From assembly GCF_001194135.2 (NCBI RefSeq), contig NC_068983.1, forward strand, positions 134,843,556 to 134,899,972: 56,417 nt of DNA, given 5' to 3'. Under the pieces are notes generated by a model. The model saw nothing but the letters and a program-made list of their open reading frames with translations, was not told the origin of the DNA and did not search any database. The translations under genes and the position numbers were made by a program. Of the stretch, positions 50,391 through 56,417 are shown piece after piece (position 1 is the stretch's first letter; the number at the start of each line of letters is the position of its first letter). Source of the stretch: Octopus bimaculoides. Its lineage: Eukaryota.

Positions 50391-51187
50391 TATTGGCCTG
50401 TATTTTGTTATAAGTAAAGCTTCCATAGTTATTCCTCTCACTTTTGTGGAATTTAATATAAAATCGTGCTGTTGTTAAATGTTGATGATTGATGATGATG
50501 TCAACAAGTATTTTCTTATCCAATTCTCTGTTGTGTACTGTATTCTAATGAGTTGCAATGACTCTATGTAATAAATGCATGACCAACCAATGGAAGAGTG
50601 TCAGTTGTGTGTGTCTGAGGCAACAGTTTGAGTCATTAATTCTACAACATTACTACTTACCTCATCACACAAAGACAACATACCATTACAACAGTTTATT
50701 TTGATCCAGTCAATGCAGTTGAAACAGTATTAAATTAAAATAACCATCTTTGTATCATACTTGATGTATATATACCATTGACAGGTAAGTTACCGTGGTG
50801 TTTGTCTAAAATAAAATCTCTTAAGAACATGCGGTATTTAAAAACACCAGGATAATGCATTAAGTAGATGGCTATTTCAATTTAATACTATCTCAGTTGG
50901 GTTGACTGGCTTATTTTTCTCAGCTTAGTTGGTATATGCAATATCAGTGAATGTATTATTCACTGTTTCCTATGACAAATCTCATTTTGGCATGTGGCTG
51001 TTGTGAATATTATTGATAATGCAATCTTATTGACAAAGATTTGGCTGCTATTTTCAGTGTGGTGGTGTCTCTTAGGTACCCTAAATTATAATTTTAAATA
51101 ATTATTACCTTTGATGGTTTTTATTTCCATGCTGGCCACTTGATAAAGTCGATATTTTAAATATTAATCTTATCCTCATTTATATAA

Positions 51188-51221
<34 letters not shown>

Positions 51222-51603
51222 NNNNNNNNNNNNNNNNNNNNNNNNNNNNNNNNNNNNNNNNNNNNNNNNNNNNNNNNNNNNNNNNNNNNNNNNNNNNNNN
51301 NNNNNNNNNNNNNNNNNNNNNNNNNNNNNNNNNNNNNNNNNNNNNNNNNNNNNNNNNNNNNNNNNNNNNNNNNNNNNNNNNNNNNNNNNNNNNNNNNNNN
51401 NNNNNNNNNNNNNNNNNNNNNNNNNNNNNNNNNNNNNNNNNNNNNNNNNNNNNNNNNNNNNNNNNNNNNNNNNNNNNNNNNNNNNNNNNNNNNNNNNNNN
51501 NNNNNNNNNNNNNNNNNNNNNNNNNNNNNNNNNNNNNNNNNNNNNNNNNNNNNNNNNNNNNNNNNNNNNNNNNNATATATATATATATATATATAATATA
51601 TAT

Positions 51604-51924
51604 GGAGGCATGTGGCTTAGTGGTTATGGTATTCGGCTCACAATCATAAGATCATGAGTTCAATTTCTAGTAACACATTGTATCCTTGAGCCAGACACTT
51701 TATTTCATGTTGCTCCAGTCCACTCAACTAGAAAAAATGAATAGTACCTGTATTTCAAAGGGCCAACTTTGCCACATTGTTTCATGCTGAATCTCCCTGA
51801 GAACCATTAAGGGTTCACATGTCTGTGGAGTGCTCAGCCACTTGCACATTAATTTCACAAGCAGGCTGTTCCGTTGATCAGATCAGCTGGAACCCTTGTT
51901 CTCATAACCGATGTAGTGCCAGGC

Positions 51925-51925
<1 letters not shown>
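51604..51925 (+). mobile_element. tRNA-derived SINE, family B, apparently full length
   Basis: A-box tggcttagtgg and B-box gagttcaatttc, then tccttgagccagacactt...gctccagtccactcaact; flanked by (TA)n tracts. Confidence 0.88.
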
Positions 51926-51961
<36 letters not shown>

Positions 51962-52399
51962 GTATATGATGTGTAGTGTATTTATGGAAAGAAATCCCAT
52001 AAAACTCGTCAATTTAGTTAAAAATGGAGAAGGCAAGTTGTTAAAATATATAAGAGAATTTTAATTCATGCAGATGATCGTTTCATCCAGAGACATAAAA
52101 AAATGGATGCATATATAGTATTCATATTTCATTGAAATTTTTCTTTTGTTTCTTTTATTTTGTTAATCAACTCTTATATATATGGCCATCGAAAATTTGC
52201 CTCAACAAATTTCATCTGACAAATGCAAGCAGGGAAAAGTGGATGATGATGATGATGATGATGATAATGACAAGTTCAGAATCCACCTCAGGATTCATAT
52301 CTAACCAATGATCATATTTGAATCCCTAGATTAATCAACTAACCATTCAACTACAACTCGTTATAAATATTGCAATGGGTGGGATGGGAACTCTGTTCA

Positions 52400-53230
52400 T
52401 CATTTCCTACATTTGAATAATGATTATGATGATGATGATGATGATGATGACAACAACAATAATGATGACAACAACAACGACAATGATGATGATGATGATA
52501 ATGACAACGACAATGATGATGATGACGAGGATGGTGGTAGTGGTGGTGATTTTGCAGATGATGATGATGATGATAGTGATGATACATGTTCCTCATAGCT
52601 CTTACAGTATTAGCAGAAGAGAACAATTGTGAGATAAAAATCACAATTAGATGAAACAACTTATTGCGCAAAAACTTGTGATATAAGATTGATTNNNNNN
52701 NNNNNNNNNNNNNNNNNNNNNNNNNNNNNNNNNNNNNNNNNNNNNNNNNNNNNNNNNNNNNNNNNNNNNNNNNNNNNNNNNNNNNNNNNNNNNNNNNNNN
52801 NNNNNNNNNNNNNNNNNNNNNNNNNNNNNNNNNNNNNNNNNNNNNNNNNNNNNNNNNNNNNNNNNNNNNNNNNNNNNNNNNNNNNNNNNNNNNNNNNNNN
52901 NNNNNNNNNNNNNNNNNNNNNNNNNNNNNNNNNNNNNNNNNNNNNNNNNNNNNNNNNNNNNNNNNNNNNNNNNNNNNNNNNNNNNNNNNNNNNNNNNNNN
53001 NNNNNNNNNNNNNNNNNNNNNNNNNNNNNNNNNNNNNNNNNNNNNNNNNNNNNNNAAGCAGAGGAAGAAGTGGAGGAGGAAGTGGAAGAGGAGGAGGAAG
53101 TGGAAGAGGAGGAAATGGAGGAGGAGGAAGAGGAGGAGGAAGAGGAGGAGGAGAAAATGGAGGAAGAGGAGAAAATGGAGGAAGAGGAGAAAATGGAGGA
53201 AGAGGAGAAAATGGAGGAGGAGGAGGAGGG
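52400..53230. repeat. Compound (GAT/GAC)n and (GAG/GAA)n tracts around a gap, including an 18-bp unit gagaaaatggaggaagag repeated about 4 times
   Basis: Direct reading. Confidence 0.9.
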
Positions 53231-53659
53231 CATTTGGTCATGGTGTCAATGGTGTCATTGAATACTTCAGAATAGGACAAGTAAATTTCTGTTTTATATG
53301 ACCCTAGAGATCATCAGCACTCTTTTGCTTTATTTGTTTTCAGGTTTATCTCTTCATCTCATTTCATTGATTTGCAATAACTATCTCAGACTAAAGTCAG
53401 AATTTAGCTTCGCAGAGTGCTGTTTTATAACAGCAATAATTTTTGTAAAAATCAAGAAAGAAGAAAGAAATAAAGAAGAGACAGTGTAGGGTATCATGAA
53501 ATATGATATATTAACATTGCAACAGAGTTGCTAGTCTTTAAACTTCCTGTATTTAACCCTTACTTCATGAAGAAACAAACATTTATCATTTTCTCTAATT
53601 AATATAACTATTAATTTATCAGCAAATTGGAGAGCTCTAGCTAAGATGTATTGCTGTAT

Positions 53660-54010
53660 TTGTTCTGACTCCACCCTTTCAGTCCAAATTCCATTAAGGA
53701 CAACCTTGCCTTTCATCCTTCCAGAATCAATAAGGAAGCATCAATCCAGATGAATGAACTTGTGGAACTGTAAGAACTTTGGATCAGTGCCTTGTGGTGT
53801 TTGTTTTGATGCTTTCAGTTACAAGTTCAAATCCTACCATGGTCTATTTGTGTGGTAGATTTAAACTTAATCCCTCTCCCTATTTGACACCTCCACCTGA
53901 CACCTTCAGTGCCTTTCGTAAAGTCCGATCTGTTGTAAGTACTCAGGCCAGGCCTCCAGGTAGAAGTAACTAGTATTAAATCAATAATGTGATCCAAACA
54001 AATCCAAAAA
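53660..54010 (+). mobile_element. Two partial SINE heads, the second followed by unrelated sequence
   Basis: caaattcc...ccttgcctttcatcc at about 53685-53720; aagttcaaatcctacc at about 53823-53840. Confidence 0.45.
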
Positions 54011-54062
54011 TTTTTGGTTCTTAGTGGTATCACCAGTAATATTGATTTCAAATTTTGTACAA

Positions 54063-54250
54063 GGCCAGCAAGATTGGGAAAGGAGATAAGTCGATTACAT
54101 AAACCCCCTAGAGCTCAACTGGTATTTATTTTACTGACTCTAAAAAGACGAATGGTAAAGTCAACCTCAGCAGAATTTGAACTCAGGACATAAAGATGAA
54201 TGAAATACTGTTAAGCACTCTGCCTGGTGTGCTTATGATTTTGCCAACTC
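54063..54250 (-). mobile_element. tRNA-derived SINE, same family as the copy interrupted at 10626/12150
   Basis: rc: ggtgagttggcaaaatc...gagttcaaattctgctgaggttgactttacc...aataaataccagttgag...gtaatcgact. Confidence 0.85.
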
Positions 54251-55110
54251 ACCTATCTTTTTAGGGTATCTAGAATTATAATTTGTCTTTGGTGCATGAT
54301 ATAAGGGAGAATTAGCATGTCAAACAACTCTGTAGAGGTCATCTCATTGGCTCAGGCTCAGATAATTCTTTTTAGAAGATATATTTCATTTTGGAGAGAA
54401 ATTATTTGACAGAAATGTGGTTAGGGCTTGAAAGCAATTGTAAAATTCAGAATTATTGTGTTGATTTGCAACAAAATATTTTTCTCTCCATTAGAATGAT
54501 ACACAATATAACATAAGTACATGACATGCGATGATGTAGGATAAGGAATCGTGGGGAGAAATGTTGCAAATAAAAAAGTAATTAAAAATGGACCTTTTGA
54601 ATGTATAGTATAAACATATGTGACAAATTGAATATGATTATGTTGGGTATTGACAACATTGACCAGTATTAACAGGATAGCCAACTGCAATGGTATGTGT
54701 TATGTAATGTAAATATATATTACATGATTTGGCTTGAAATGCAATGATTTCATGATAGAAATTGTCAGCAGTAATGAGAAACTCAGCCTGACTTGTTAAC
54801 AAAGGGTTAGATTGACATTTCATGTAATAAGTCTCATATTTGTAATGCTGAAAGATCCAATCCAACTTGTCAACATGAGAATACTGGTGTCAAAACAAGT
54901 ATGCTGATGATGGCTGTATTAGTAACGGTCAGGATGACAGTAATTATGATAATTATTATTATGATGATGATGAGTGTGATGATATATATATATATTTATG
55001 TATTCATTTTTACAAATCACTTTGTTTTTATCTTCATGCTACACTCTCTCCATTAAAGTCTGTCTATGTGTGATCAATGTCAATAAATGTTATTTTATTT
55101 TCCTTTACAG

Positions 55111-55931
55111 CGCTCCCTCTTGGAGAAATTATTGGAATTGCTGGTGTGGTTGCCTTCCTGCTCCTTTCAATTGGATTCTTAATATATCGCCGGTTTTGTA
55201 GAATAGGAACAAACCATCATTTATATCATGAAGCTGAAGCTCTGAAAGAAGAAAGAGCAAATTTATCAATTAGTCAGAGTAGTCCTAACCTTGTAAACGA
55301 ATGTGATGGCAAAGAAGGGATTAGAAACACTGTGAAGAGAAGTTTGCAAGCTTTTCGCCAATCAACTTTGCCAACTGTTTCTGAGAGACACCTAACATTT
55401 GAACGAAGTTTGTCTCACAAACTTGACCTATCTAATGTGGAATTTTCTGTGCAAAGCTTGTCTCAAAAAAGTCAGCCATCCATTGGCAAAATTAAACCGG
55501 AACTTTACAAACAAACACTTACAGATGAAACAAAACTAGAACAATCATGTGGTAAACTATATTTCAGTCTTAGGTATGATATGCAAAATGAACATTTGTT
55601 TGTAACAATTATAAATGCAACCAATCTCCCAGCTAAAGATTTCTCGGGCACAAGTGATCCCTATGTAAAAGTCTACTTGTTGCCTGATCGAAAAACCAAA
55701 TTTCAAACTAAAGTGCACCGCAAAACACTGAATCCTGAGTTTAACGAAACCTTCATGTTCAATGTATCATGTCAGGAACTCAATAGTCGAAGTGTACAGT
55801 TTAGCCTCTATGACTTTGACAGATTTTCCAGACATGATTTGATTGGAGATGTTATTGTTAAACAAGATTTATTGGATGAAAATATTTCCAAGGAGAAATT
55901 TTTTTCTTTTGATATAATCTCTTCTAATCAG
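55111..55931 (+). CDS. Syt: Internal coding exon of a synaptotagmin (SYT3/5/6/9/10 class, most like SYT9/SYT10): TM helix, linker and C2A domain
   Basis: Acceptor ttttcctttacAG ends at 55110 (phase 1) and donor CAG|GTAAGA follows 55931 (phase 0). The frame is open: hydrophobic IIGIAGVVAFLLLSIGFLIY then RR, then SIGKIKPELYKQ, CGKLYFSLRYD, LPAKDFSGTSDPYVKVYLLPDRKTKFQTKVHRKTLNPEFNETF, YDFDRFSRHDLIG. All five C2A Ca2+-ligand aspartates are present. The exact orthologue was not determined. Confidence 0.95.
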
Positions 55932-56339
55932 GTAAGAAACAGTTTATTGCCTCTTTCTTTTATTTTTGATTAAACTCTTAATATTATAAATTTTTGTTAC
56001 TCATTTTTTTTCCATACAATAATAGTTTAGACATACCTGAAAATTCAAACCACCCCATGAATTGTGGAAAATTCATATGAGTGCTACACCATTTTTTATT
56101 GTCTATATTTTGTTATAGCTGACAAAGAATAATATTCATTATATAAAAATATGATTTAATGTTTATGATGAGATATGAACTAAGGATTCACAGAAGATGG
56201 AAGAATCCATATAATAATTCTACTAGCAAAATACTAATGATCAAACAATTGAATTTTATAAAATGAGCTTTGTATGATTTCTAAAGAAATAACATCTAAA
56301 TACGTGTATAAATTATTAGCATATATTTAGATATTTACA

Positions 56340-56375
56340 TGCATATGTATATGTATACATACATACATACATACA

Positions 56376-56411
<36 letters not shown>

Positions 56412-56417
56412 TATATA
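56340..56417. repeat. (ATAC)n/(AT)n microsatellite in the intron after the synaptotagmin exon
   Basis: Direct reading. Confidence 0.95.

Noticed and set aside
463-53280. Many ORFs rich in HT, CV, YI, SL, poly-M, poly-S, poly-I, poly-E, poly-P or X
   Set aside because: They are translations of microsatellites or run through N gaps, with no domain or splice support.
54901-54945. Nearby ATGs and GT dinucleotides as a short first exon
   Set aside because: All candidate donors give phase 0, while the exon at 55111 needs phase 1.

Overview
AT-rich, microsatellite-dense animal genomic DNA with about 2.9 kb of N gaps. The repeat families suggest a coleoid cephalopod, probably Octopus; this is inferred from recalled repeat sequences, not from a search. 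There is one clear host coding exon near the end (55111-55931, + strand), encoding the transmembrane helix, linker and complete C2A domain of a synaptotagmin of the SYT3/5/6/9/10 class. Its N-terminal exon was not found, so much of the window is probably that gene's first intron or upstream region. The rest is decayed mobile DNA: a Penelope-like element, an R4/Dong-type LINE, RTE and BovB-type LINEs, CR1/Jockey-group fragments, mariner, maT and hAT transposons, MITEs, Helentron-like elements, a solo LTR and several SINE families. The most unusual structure is a young fold-back at 11442-11811 (173-bp arms) whose 24-nt apex resembles a degenerate minimal hammerhead ribozyme. Also notable are an inverted duplication at the Penelope 3' end, a CpG-rich solo LTR carrying CRE, ETS and splice-donor motifs, and a retroposed fragment with three C2H2 fingers.
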